A stretch of DNA of 64,000 bases from Psammoneis japonica. Taxonomy: Eukaryota. The notes beneath the pieces are model-generated. The model saw only the letters and a program-made list of their open reading frames with translations, had not been told where the DNA came from and did not search any database. Each line of letters opens with the position of its first letter. The stretch's first letter is position 1. This document shows positions 36,633 through 48,852 of the stretch, piece after piece. The position numbers were made by a program, and so were the translations under genes. The stretch lies in assembly GCA_008632985.1 (NCBI GenBank), contig QPGO01000118.1, forward strand, positions 124,001 through 188,000, given 5' to 3'.

Positions 36633-37000
36633 ACCACGTTCTTCTTGACACTGCTTTTCACTGGGCGTTTCATTTGCTTCTTTCTCTTGCAACCATTTGA
36701 TGATGTCATCGCAAGTGGGTGGCTCCTCTTGCCCCTTTGCATCACTCTCTTTGGCCTTGTCAAGTGAAACTTTTGCATGACTCATCTTCTCCATTTGCAC
36801 TTCTGGCAATGTGCACTGGGGTGCTTTGCCACCATTCTGTTCTTGTGGCTCTTCATTTGCTGCTTGAGCTCCCTTTTTTTGCAGCTGCTTGAAAGACATT
36901 GTGCAACACACAGCTACTAATAAGAGTTAATGTATCACGGCGACGTGTTACAGCCTTAGAAAACATGAATTCATAATGCAGCATGCATGCAGACAAAACC

Positions 37001-38471
37001 TCATTTGATGGGACATTGGGAGAATGGAAGGGAGAACCCTACCATGTCCAACTCAAGGAGGGTGTAGAACCACACCACGCTCGTCCGTATAAAGTACCTC
37101 GTGCGTACGAAGCAACGCTACGTAAAGAAGTAGAACGCCTAGTACGTATCGGTGTTCTCAAACGCGTTAACCGATCCCAATGGGCAGCTCCATCATTTAT
37201 CATACCGAAGAAAGACTTAACGGTACGCTTTATTAATGATTTGAGAGAGCTGAATAAACGGATCAAGCGATTACCTTATGCGATTCCTCATATCCAAGAT
37301 ATGCTACTTAAGCTCGAAGGCTTTATGTGGGCTACATCGCTGGATTTAAACATGGGCTATTATCATATCCGATTGGATGCTGATAGCAAGAAGCTTGCAC
37401 GCTCATCTTCCCGTGGGGCAAGTATGAGATGCAGGTATTGCCCATGGGGTTATGTAATTCGCCAGACATTTTCCAAGAACGCATGTCAGGCTTATTTGAA
37501 GATCTATCGTTCGTTCGAACGTACTTAGATGACCTTCTCGTCGTGACGAAAGGCACCTATGAAGATCACCTCAACAAACTTGAAGAAGTTTTATTGAGGG
37601 TCCAGAAAGCAGGACTAAAAGTTAAAGCAACTAAATCTCATTTCTGTCAAACCCAATTAGAATACTTGGGTTATCTGGTCAACAGAGACGGCACACGACC
37701 AATACCTAATAAAGTCGACGCCATTAAGTGAATCGCGACCCCAACCAATAAACGCGACCTAAGGTCATTTATTGGTATGGTGAACTACTACCGTGACGCG
37801 TGGATTAGACGTTCTGAAGTCTTGGCTCCGCTAACACGACTCGTAAGCGAGACTGTTAAGTGGGAGTGGACGTCCGTTGAAGACGAGGCGTTCGAAACCG
37901 TTAAACGGGTGATATCGGATGATGTTTTATTATCACATCCTGATTTTAATAAACCCTTTGAGATACATACCGATGCCTCTGAATATCAATTCGGAGCAGT
38001 GATATCCCAAGATAATAAACCTATCGCCTTTTTATAGCAGAAAGCTTAATAGTGCGCAATTAAATTATACAACAACGCAGAGAGAATTACTCGCCATTGT
38101 GGAGACGTTGAAAGAATTTCGAACGATTCTCCTGGGTCATCGTATACTTTTATTCAATGCCGAGCGCGTTATGCGCTGGCGGTTAACATGCGAAGAATAC
38201 GGTCCCGAATTACGCTATGTTAAGGGTACCCATAACCTAGTCGCTGACGCTCTTAGTCGCCTTCGGCTAGCACCCAGCTTGCCTTCCGAGGCCAATCCGG
38301 ATGTAAAAGACACTCCATCGAGTCGTCCTTTGCATGAAGCTTTTAATGCAGACGCGCAAGACGATGCATCTCTGCCTGTCAGCTTCAAGCGCATTCAAAA
38401 AGAACAACAAAAGGACAAGCACCCACTCTCACGAGCCAAGGACTCGTCCGACTGCTCCACTCGCGCGCATC
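37001..38471 (+). pseudogene. Ty3/Gypsy pol fragment (RT, RNase H, start of integrase linker), disrupted but mostly TA-intact
   Basis: SLDLNMGYYHI, LPMGLCNSP, YLDD, EYLGY, HTDASEYQ and NLVADALSR; same family as 57279-62352; frameshifts and a TGA at 37729. Confidence 0.92.
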
Positions 38472-38536
38472 GTAGCGGAGTGGTTCATCGCAACCATTGG
38501 GCAGGAGGCCAGGGGTTTGAAACCCTGAGTGGGAGT
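38472..38536 (+). promoter_or_regulatory. tRNA-like sequence with Pol III A and B boxes inside the TRIM
   Basis: A box TAGCGGAGTGG (38473); D-stem GCGG/TCGC; B box GGTTTGAAACC (38514) inside a CAGGG/CCCTG stem; anticodon region too short for a functional tRNA. Confidence 0.55.
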
Positions 38537-38600
38537 TGTCTGCAGCAACGTTGATCACTGTCGAACGCGTGAAACTCTGTGCAGTTCTGCACGTTCCTTC

Positions 38601-38952
38601 GACACGTTCCAGCCCCAGGTGCGAGCTCCGCAGTGCGAGAATTTAATCAATGGACACATTTGTCTTCAACATCAAATAAACGCCCAAGTTTGTGGTGCAA
38701 TCACGCCTCTTGCCACTCGACATTTTTGCAACTTCGCCTGCCCTGCGCGATTCTTAAGACATCATAGAATCGCGCTGTAACAAAAAATGTCAAAAGTTGT
38801 TGGACGGATCGCTCAACAAGTGCACCGTAAAATGACACAAAACATCGAAAAAATCACGTAGAAATCTACGTGCGCGACATACGACGAGACTCAAAAAACC
38901 ATCGATGCCACAGTTCAGCAGTGCGAGGTCCCACCTGGACCTGGAACGCGTC
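38601..38952. mobile_element. MITE, copy B (inverted relative to A, short internal deletion, TSD CTTC)
   Basis: Reverse complement of 21638-21971; TIRs GACACGTTCCAGCCCCAGGTG and CACCTGGACCTGGAACGCGTC; CTTC at 38597-38600 and 38953-38956; empty site visible in the TRIM paralog at about 44060-44075. Confidence 0.92.
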
Positions 38953-40359
38953 CTTCACACGCACCCACACTGTTCCGCCAAAACCGTGCAGTGTCAGCAC
39001 ACGTCAGCAAAGAGCCACATGGACGCGTGACACATGGGGAGGAGTGCAACATGCAGCCACCAGTGAGAGTCAATGTGTCACGGCGACGTGTTGCAGCCTT
39101 GGAAAATGTGAATTCACAATGCAGCATGCACGCAGACAAAAACAACCTTTTGTCTGCATGCGTGCTGCAATTGACTTGATTTTCAGAAACCTGGCCAATC
39201 TTCAATTGAGCTTCTGCTCACAGTTGCTGCTTGTCTTGCTCATGTTGTTGCTGGTGCATTCCTGGCAGCACATCAATGTGAGTGACAAGAGCACTTGCAT
39301 GTCAGCCAGTGCACCATGTTGGGGCTTGGTTTGGTGGGGTGACACCCATCTCAGCTTGCTGGCCAGGTGAAAGGTTGCTCTTGACTTTTGAACAGTGGAT
39401 GATTGGCAATGCATGCGCGGGGTTGGTTTGGTCTAATTCATTTCTGAACCCATCTGGCAACATTGTTGGATTGCACCAGAGCACTCTGATTGAAGGTTTG
39501 GCCAGGATGTTGAATGACACCAAAGCAAAGCTGGTCTTTCCACAAAGGGTCCATGCAATTCTGCCTCACCTTTGTCCATTTCTAATCCATTCAGCAAACC
39601 TCTACATTGCTGATGAACAGAGGGATTCCCATCACCAGGACAAACATGAAGTTGATCAGCGGGAACACACTGTGGAGGAAAAATGATGTCCACAACATGA
39701 TGAGAATGACTCGGAAGACACCATTGACCTTGTGGCAACGACACATGTTGAGCTTGCACAGGAGATTCATCACATCCTCTTTGTTTCTAATGAAAGAATC
39801 ATTTTCTGTGCTTTTGCATTCTTCTGGTGGGGAAGCTCCAGGCATGACATTCAAAGCTTCAGCAACAATTTTGGCAACAAATGTTGCACCAGAACTCTCT
39901 TTGTCACCCCCAGTCTGAATTTGATCTGTCAAAAGAGATGACTTGGATTTCATCCCTCACATTTTGATTGTGTCATAGATGACAAAAATCTCAAAAGGTG
40001 CTCGGCCTCAAGCATTCCCAGTTTTCCTTGTCTGCATGGCAAGGTTGAAAGTTGGAGTGATCGTGACTTGTTGGAATGCACTCAACTCTTGCATCAGGAA
40101 TGGGCCTGCACCACAGACAGTCAAATGCAAGATTGTTGAACTTCCTTTCAAAAAAGCAACTTTGGCAAGTGAGAAATCCCTTGTGAACTTTGGAGGGTCT
40201 TGCCACAAACATTCTTGTTGTCTGGATGGATTGGAAGGAAATGTTCAACCAGCCTTTGGAACTGCACCCAAGCACTCTTTCCACTTGCCAATTTCCAGTC
40301 ATGCCACACCATTGACGCAAGATGCCCACCACCAACAATGGTCTTCCCAAGCTGGCTGA

Positions 40360-42060
40360 AAGCACAAAAAGGCCGCTGTGATGAAGAATGTGCAATGACC
40401 AAAAGAACGAACACCAGCAAGAGAATTCCATTGAGAGAGCAAATCTGGTGTCCCCGCATGGAAGCAAAAATGCAGTGAAGCTCAGTGCAAATTGCTGAGA
40501 ACAGAGGGAATCCTGCAATCAAGACTTGGAATTGTTGAGATCTGCGCCATGGAACCTCTGTTGGGATTTCACGGGCAACCCCAAAATTGGCACTTGCACA
40601 GTTTTTTGCTGTGACAATTCCACCAAAGACAGTGAGGGGAAAGGTGATAAAAACAAATGGCGCAGTTGCAGCCACAATGAGCAAGCACTGGCAGATCCAT
40701 GTGCAAGCACCGCCAAATTCACCCACATGAAGACAGCAACACGTAGACCAGGGAACAAGAGTCCAGTGGCGAGGATGCACTGGACCCAATTTTGTCAGCT
40801 CATTGTTGCCCAAAGAGGCAAACCAACAATGTGTGTCCACCAACAAAGGAGGTGAGGCAGTGCAAGGCCACAACTCCAGCCAGAATTGACCCTCTTTAAG
40901 TGGCAGAGATGCGCTCAGCAAGAGCCAAACAAAGATGAAAGAATGTCATCATGTGGAGCTGGTTTCTGATTCTGACTGCAGCACAGAACAAGGTGGGATT
41001 CCAAGGGAACCTGAAAACATCACCATGGACAAGCTTCCTCCCCCTGACTCTTCTTTTTCCATGACATCATTGTCCTCAAGTTCCATGCATCAAGAGAAAA
41101 ATCATTTTTGAGAACTCCAAAAAGGACAATGGCCAAGAGTGCTGTCAAAAAAAGAACCAAGACAAAGGAGTTGATGATTGACAACCAGCGGGTCTCAAAC
41201 AAACTCAGCAAGAAGCAAGATTTGGTGCACTGGAACATTCTGTGTCTCTGAGTGAGGTTGGGCTCTTCAAACCATTTGATGGAATGTGAAAACTGAACAT
41301 GGTGTGGCTTGTCAACCTCAGTGACATCCACCAGGCAGTCCATCTGTTTGAACAGAGGGCAAGAATGTGAGCATGGGGTGCATCTCTTGTGCCCCCCAAT
41401 GACAAACATGAAGAGTTTCTTAAATCAGCCCAACACAATTTGCCTGTTGTCACACCTGATGCAAAAATGAAGGTGGGCAAAAAGAAAGGGTTTTGCTTCC
41501 TTCAATTTCTCCTGCAGTGACATCTTGATCAGCAGTGTCACCAGTGCAGCCCCACATGGGAAGATCTCCCACAAACATTTCAAAAAACCAGCTGCTTTGT
41601 GAGTTGCATCCTTCAACTTTTCCAAGTCTTTCTTTGTCAGAAGCTCCTTGCACAAAAGATGCCACTCAACACTGTTGGTGCCATGAGACACTTTGTGCAG
41701 TGAAGTCTCATGACAATTGCCAAGAATGGACTCTCCAAACCATTTTGCTCATGACATTGACTTCCCAATCACTTCTCCTTTTTGAGACCCCCACGATCTC
41801 CAGCAATTGTTGAAAGGACTGCTCAAAGCAATGCAAAGTGCAAGTGAACAAGATGGTTCCACAAATCATTGGTTCTTGTTCACAAGGTCATTTCATGCAA
41901 AGCTCTGCTGTGGCAGCACTGTGGGCAAAATCCATGCACGGCAGAAACACAACCAACTCACCTGACTTTGTTGGCGACAATGTGAACAGGGTCATGTTCT
42001 CTGCAAACCTTTTCTGCTTTGGCTCTTTTAACCTTGGCACCATCCATCAAGGCAAAGGAA
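40360..42060 (-). pseudogene. TM9SF/EMP70 (nonaspanin) pseudogene
   Basis: DPVHIVANKV (followed by a GTGAG donor), FFEMFVGDLPMWG, WLSIINSFVLVLFLT, GFPLFSAICTELHCIFASMRGHQIC (family pattern FSAIYIELYYIFAS.WGH.IY). Confidence 0.85.
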
Positions 42061-43878
42061 CAAAACAGCCGCCAAAAAAGCAAGAGTTGGTTGTGTGACA
42101 TGGTCAAAATGTTGCCATTGCACAACAAATGAGAGCACCATGTGTCTGACCATTCACATTCCTGGTTCGGGCTCACAATGGAGTCTGATGGGGCAAACTT
42201 GGTCAATGGCACATTTTTGCATGTGCGCGCTGAATGCCAGTGGTTGGATTCTTGGATTGGTTGGCGGCTGAACCAGCAAGCCAAATCCAACCCAATTTCA
42301 CAGTTTTGGGAAAGGTGGAGGGGAGCCTTTTAAACAAGAGGTTCTCATCTTTGACAAGACTGTGTGTTGTGCAGTTTGCAATGTGTGCTCTTGTCTTTGG
42401 TGCAGACGGGACATCTGGGACATGGCCACGGCAATGCTGTTGTGTAAAAAGTGTGATTCATTCCATCAATGAAATTCCCCCATTAGCTCAGTCAACTGCT
42501 GCTTGCCAACTCCTTGCCAAAAAGAAAAAGTTGCTGTCGGAATCCTCGCCCACATCACAGAAGCATCTGGCATGGTCTGTGTTCAGTCAATTTGGTCATG
42601 TGCCAGTTTTTGACAGGATTTCAGTGTGGCTGCTGTGCAAAATCCATCAACAGATTTTGACACCAACCAAAGATGTCTCCTTTTGATTGGCTTCCATTTC
42701 TGTTCTGCCATCATGAAGATGAAACTTTGTTTCATGTTGTCTCTTTTCAGAAGATGAAAAAGGAGAAAAAGGAATTGGGAACTCAAGCAGAGCCAGTGGA
42801 AGAATCCATTTTCTTGAAAAAACCAAGAAGTTGAACAAGGAGGACAAGAAGAAAAAGAAGAAATGCAAGTGCAGTTCTTTCAAGGCTCCAAAGAGCAGCA
42901 GGGCAGCAACAAGAGTGCAAAAGATCATTCCCACAAGAAGAGAAAGAAAGGAAACAGCAATGACGTCACACTGAATGATGGCTCACCTGATGCTGAATCT
43001 GAAGCACCTGTCCTTGATGGTTCAATGGTGGGTGGAATGATGGCATTGATTGACCAGACAAATGGAGCAGTTTGCTCTGCCACCAACCAGCTGGAGAGCG
43101 GCAAGTGCAAAGAAGTTGGTGTTGCACCCAAATCTGGGTCCATTGACTTGCATCTTGCTGAAGATGGTGAGTGCTCAGTTTCATTTTGTTTGCAATTGCA
43201 TGCATGGAAGACATTGGGCATTCTGCAGTTGCCCTTGATCAGTCAAATGTTGTGCCAGAGCAGTGGTTCTGCATTGTTCCTAAAATGGGATCATTGTTTT
43301 GCCAGCTGATTGGCGAGTGTGACATTTGAATCAAGTGCATCCATGGAAATGTTCTCGGCCTTTTGCACATTTTTTTGAACTGCAAATGATGACAAGAGAC
43401 CCAACTTTCCTTTTGCCACCAATGCTGATGACCACTGTGAGAGTCCTCTGCAAGCATGCCAGGATGTGTTGGCACTTCTGAAAGACTGCGTGAAAAGAAG
43501 CTCCAAATTTTGATTTGTGATCCACATTTCTGCAATGGAGCAATTGTTCAGAACCTGGGCTCTTTGGGCTTTCCCAGTGTGTGCAATTGCAAAGAAGATT
43601 GCTGCCAAATCTGGGGAAGTTCCAGGTGTCCTGCCCATGACATGCTGGCGACCAACCCACATTGCAGCGGCAACCACATGTTGAACGATTGGTTGACCAC
43701 GTGATGTTGAAATCATTCAGCAGCGAACCATGGATGTCATTGCTGCTGCACAAGGGTTGTTGCATCTCCAAGACAAAAGGAACTCAACCCTTTTACATTG
43801 TTCCTCTCACAGGAGGCATGTTTGCACACCACCACGATCTTTTCAAGAGAGCAAGAAAAGCAACATCCACAAGAAATT

Positions 43879-44265
43879 TGCAACACACAGCCACTGGTGA
43901 GAGTCAATGCATCACGGCGACGTGTTGCAGCCTTCAAATGTCACAAAGGGCGTGGCAAAAACAACCTTTTGTCTGCGTGCATGCTGCGCTGTGAATTCAC
44001 AGCGGAGTGGTTCATCGCAACCATCAGGCAGGAGTGCGCAAAACTCTGTGCAGTTCTGTGTGTTCCTTTGCACACCCACACTGTTCCGCCAAAACCGCAC
44101 AGTGTCAGTGCACGTCAGCAAAGAGCCGTGTGGACGCGTGACACATGGGGAGGAGTGCAATGCACAGCCACTGACAAGAGTTGATGCATCACAGCAACGT
44201 GTCACAGCCTTTAAATGTCACAAAGGGCGTGACAAAAACAACCTTTTGTCTGCATGCACACTGCA
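43879..44265 (+). mobile_element. TRIM-like element, copy 2 (387 bp, 110-bp terminal direct repeats, TSD AATT)
   Basis: Repeats at 43879-43988 and 44156-44265; PPT GGGGAGGAG at 44147-44155; AATT at 43875-43878 and 44266-44269. Confidence 0.85.
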
Positions 44266-44864
44266 AATTGTCCCCGTTTGCAAACATGTGGTGCTTGTGG
44301 GGAGGAACAAACCAGCAAAATCAGCAATGGTTGTCGACAATTGCTTGATGAATCACCAACCGATGTTGCAAGAAGCAAGAGTGCTCTGCATGACTTGAGG
44401 CAAAAGGGAAATTGGAAGAAGAAGCAGCCAGCAAGAGTGGAGCAAATAGAAAGAAAATTGGTCTGCGCTGGTTTCTTGAATGGTTGAGCCAGCCAGCTCT
44501 CCTCAGCAGTCAAAATTGCTGCTTGCCATTCACCAAAATGCAAATGGCATCAATTTTGATGGCAGTGCAGGGCAGGACACCTTGAATTGACAAGGGTGAG
44601 GATGAGCTGCAGTGGAAGCAGGCAAGGTTGAGAAACATGATGGGGAAGAGAAACTGCTTTCTGCAGCACAGCCGCACAAATGTTGCGCCATTGGAGAGCC
44701 ACTCATCTCACATTTTTGCTGCATGGTTTGTCATTCATCAGGATCTCCCACCTCCCTCCACCTCAACTTTGTCCATGCATGCTCCATGGTTCATGTTTCA
44801 CTGTTGCACGCGTCATTCTTCCCTCAAATTCATGTGTCAGTTGTTGAGAATGTTGATGTTTGCC

Positions 44865-45725
44865 ATGCCTTACATTGCCCCCAATGCTGACTCTTGGGGT
44901 CCACCAGATTTCATTGACAAAGCAAGTCCAAATGCTCCTTCCAGCTTGGCCAAGTTTGCTGACTTGCCCTGTGCTCCCTTTGGCCAATCTGACCACCTGG
45001 GCTGAGCTGCTGACTTTGTTTCTTCCAACCACCCTGGTCACAGTTGACAAGGAAGATGCAGCAAGGGAAAGGTCTTCAAAAAGGAAACAGAAGAAGGAGA
45101 AAAAAGTTTCCACCTGGTGGATGCTTCCAAAACTGCAACCACCAAAAGATTTGTTGTGCCTGCTGCTTGTCGGTGCCAACACACTGCTCTTTTGCATCAA
45201 GTCAGTGCTCATTGCCAGCAAACTGCTGGAAGTGCTGCTCTTTCCAAGGAGACTTTGACTCAGCAAAAGGAGGTCCCGGCAGATGTGGCAGACATGGAGG
45301 CAGTCGTGGAGGCGGTTGCAGTGGCTGTGGTGGCCGAGGAGGGCATCATGGCAACAATGACTGCACTGGTCAAAGTCCATCTGTTGTGGTGCAGCAAGAC
45401 TGGGTCAAGGTGGAGGAGTTGGATCTTGCCAAATTGACAAAGCACTTGTGCACCTCAACAGATTTTCCCATGGCTGAGTGTGTTTTGTGGTGTGGATTCT
45501 TGGATCCACACAATGACCCCAATGTCTTGAGTTGGGAGCATGTGAAATTTTCCAGTTGCTGAAGTGAGCTCTTTGCAGAGAGAACATCTGGGATGCCAAC
45601 AATCTGGGTCTGACCTTCTGCCACAATCTGGGCATTTGTTGACTTCAATGCCAGATCATTGTTGGCTCATGAGCCAAGTCTCTCCTTAAACATGACATGA
45701 GAACCAGACAAGTTCACAAGCTTCT
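44865..45725 (+). pseudogene. eIF3 subunit D 5' fragment pseudogene
   Basis: NADSWGPP...FADLPCAPFGQSDHLG, SVVVQQDWVKVEELDLAKLTK and LWCGFLDPHND match the eIF3d N-terminal blocks with Y to C/H. Confidence 0.75.
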
Positions 45726-47539
45726 AAAACCCAAATCGCTTCCCACTTTTAAGCATGGTCATTCTTTTCACACAATGGTGTCCTGCGCCCCTTCCCAGAA
45801 CGCCTCCGGTGAAGATGTCATGCTCCTTGGCTCCTGCAGAACTGATTTCATGTGATCTCCTCCTGAAGTGAGTTCTTGATCGAAGATTGTGAACTTGCGA
45901 TGCGGCCAAACACTTTCATTGATTGCCTTTGTCAGCATCGATGCTGTCAATTTCTTGCCCACCACTGGTGCATGATCCAACACAAGACATCCCTCTGTGG
46001 GAGTCACCGCTGAACTCGAATCCCCACCTGTGCACTGGAATCTGTTTAATTCCCCATGTTCATTTCTTTGTGCACTCAACAAGGCTGCCACCGCAGGACT
46101 CATGGTGACTTCATGTGACACCACACAGGTGAATCCAATTCTGTCAGTTCATCAGCAACTCTTTGTCATGTCCTTTCTCAACCTTGCTTGCCACTCGAGA
46201 AGCTGCGCTTCCTCCCTTCATTGCTCCTGTGAGAACTGTCTCCTCCATCTTTTTTGCCTTCCCAATGGCTTCCTCTCATTTGGAGCTGCTGTCCTTTCCT
46301 GTTGCTTTATGAACAGGTGAGTTGCAAAATGAGTGCACTTTGCATGTGATGTTCTCTGTTTTGTCATTGCTCGCGTGTCCTCTCTCGATTCAAACAGGTG
46401 TTTGTGTCATTTTTGAGTGCTCATTCCCAACCCCATGTTTGAATTTCTGTCAACCTTCCACTGTTTTGAATTGTGCACCTTTGCTGGCCAATCCAATGCC
46501 TCAATGAAGATTGCAATGTCATTCAAATCAATGTCAAACAACACATTTTACATTCTTGTGTCAATGCATGCATTTCAGTCCTCCAACGGCTGACAAAGCA
46601 TCTTGTTGTCACCAAGATGTGGTTGTTGTGAGTCGTTCCCATTGCAGGAACGCGCGTTCCCTCCATTGCAATGACATGCCGCCAATTGACAATCAAATGG
46701 GTTGTTTTGCTGGTGGTGGCGTGGAACCACACGGTGGTGCGGCAAGCTTTGCCTTCTTTGCCAAGGTCATTTGCAGCCCAGCTCTCCTTGTGGCCCAAAC
46801 TCGCAGCCCTTTTAATTTCCTCAACATTGGTGGTTGTGCCAGTTTTGCGATTGCCTGTTGTTTGCTTGTTCCTTCCTGCAATGCCTGCAGCATCAAGTTC
46901 CACCACCCCCATCATGATTTGGGCTCTCAGTGGTGCAATGCCATCTGGCCTAACCCTGCCGGTTGTTGTCCTGCCCTGATCAATGAGGACTTCCTCTCTG
47001 AAGATGATGCTGTGCATTGGTTGCACCATCAGAACAACTTAAAAGATTTTCTTCAACAACCACAATGGGCGAATGCTTTTTGACAACAACGCAGCACAGA
47101 ACCAACTTGAGGAGATGCTGTCCAATGAGTGTCCTGAAGGCACTGTCATCATTTCACTGGACGTGATGTTTTGTGTGTGTGCCCACAAATGGAGGCACGA
47201 AGCATTCTTTGTTCCTGCCTGTCCAGACGATCTGTCTCATGGGGAGGTGGTGTTGACAGGCACCTGCTTCACAAGCACACCAAGAAAAGAGATGGTGCCA
47301 TGGAGCCAAGGCATTCCACTGGGAACGACCTGGGGACTGACATCAAACAAAAATTCAAGCCTGCCAAAAGTGGGTGACTTGGCACTTTCCCTTTTTTTTT
47401 TTAAAGGCAACTTTCTTCCATGCAAGCAATGCATTGTGTCAATCAGCCATTTGCACAAACTTGCTTTTTGCCTTTGCCAACTTGCTGCTTGGCCAGTTTT
47501 GCATTCCAACAACCACTTGTTCACACGCTTGCTGTGTCA

Positions 47540-48183
47540 AAATTGTGGACTGGACATGCCATGTTCCTTCAACCCAAATTCGTTTTGTTGGGCAAAGCTT
47601 GGTGCAACATTCTTGCATCAAAAACAAATGCAGTGCCTGCTTCTCCAACCAGTGATTGTTTTTCCAAACCCAACCCAACCAAGCATCTTTCGCGTTCCTT
47701 CTCATTCAACATTGCCTCACAACCATCCAGCCAAGCCTCAACTGCACCGTTGTCCTCCGTTGTGTCGTTGAGGAACAGAAACATGGTGAAAATTTTGTCA
47801 CCAGGAAATGACTCTGTTTCCACATGATCATGATGAATTTTGCCCTTTGACCAGAAGTTTGATCTTGAACTTGAAGCAGGAGCGTTTGCGGCTGTGTGCC
47901 GGGATGTCTTTGTGCCCAAATCATCTGCTGGGGGAAAGCCAGGAATTAACTCCAACATTTTTTCTGCCAGCTCAACACCTTCCGCCTTGTCCTTTTTGTC
48001 AATGGCAAACTCACCAACAAAACGGTGTCCTTCCTTCTCTTGCTTGCTGCTTGGTGCCTTGTTTGCCAGGGTTGCAATCTTGTTGAGTGGGTGGTTGTGG
48101 AGTTTTGACTTTTTGTGGGTGACCTTTTTTTCCTTCCTGGTGCACTCTTTCTTTGCACCCGGCTGTCTTGCTCTTGACGACAT
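47540..48183 (-). pseudogene. 2OG-Fe(II) dioxygenase (PhyH-like), decayed
   Basis: IHHD (HxD), TMFLFLNDTTEDNGA, GEAGTAFVFDARMLH.ALPNKT, then a TGA (plausibly CGA) and R. Confidence 0.7.
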
Positions 48184-48712
48184 GAGATTTCACTTCACCC
48201 AGGCATGTCAGTGACTTGCCATGTTTCTGACATGACGTTGTTGGCCAATGGGCAAATTTCTGGCATCCGTCAACAGAGCACTTTCGCGCCATTCTCTGAA
48301 CACGCCGGCTCCACCAAATCAAACAGAGCCTGGTCTTTTTTTTTAAGCAGAACGCACCCAATTCAGCAAAAGTCTGCATCCATTTTACTGTGCAACAAAC
48401 ACGACTTTCTCGCAAAATCTGTGTTGCCAACGGCATCTGTCGGGTGCACGGCAGACGTTTTTTTTGCAAACAGTCCCGTGTGACATGATCTTCGTCCATC
48501 CAGTTTACTGCATGATTTCATCAAATGGGTCATCCTGGCCATCTCAAAGCATGGAAAACAATTTGCTTGCACACTGTCTTGTTGGGGTTGTTGTGTGACA
48601 TTTTCATCATGTCGACACCACCGCTGACACAAAGGAACAGCCGCCATCCACCATTCATTCCACACCAAAAACAAACTCTTTGAGATTGATGCGTGCAACA
48701 AACAATTGCAAA

Positions 48713-48852
48713 TGACACACCTGTCTGTCAACAGATCAATTTGGCATCACTTTTTTGTTGTCACACACATCTGTCATCAGAACAATTTGGCACCACTTTT
48801 TCATTGACACACCCATCTGTCAACAGATCAATTTGGTGTCACTTTTTTGTTG
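48713..48852 (+). repeat. Three tandem copies of a ~46-bp unit
   Basis: tgacacacc(tg/ca)tctgtcaacagatcaatttgg(ca/tg)tcacttttttgt. Confidence 0.85.

Larger units (their letters stand above)
36902..39169 (+). mobile_element. TRIM-like non-autonomous LTR element, copy 1 (TSD ATTG), carrying a Gypsy pol fragment and a MITE
   Basis: TG...CA ends; ATTG at 36898-36901 and 39170-39173; truncated 5' LTR 36902-36998; 3' LTR 39045-39169 preceded by PPT GGGGAGGAG. Confidence 0.8.

Noticed and set aside
36911..38310. Classical RIP (CA to TA) acting on the TA-rich copies
   Set aside because: The TA-rich copies carry the conserved motifs (YLDD, GYYH) and have no excess of TAA/TAG stops, so TA is ancestral.
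38472..38536. Functional tRNA gene
   Set aside because: No acceptor stem or complete anticodon arm, and it is embedded in a TRIM. Kept only as a tRNA-like promoter.
48713..48852. CRISPR-like array, also considered for 8339-8457 and 6345-6985
   Set aside because: Units are contiguous with no unique spacers, there are no cas genes, and the context is eukaryotic.
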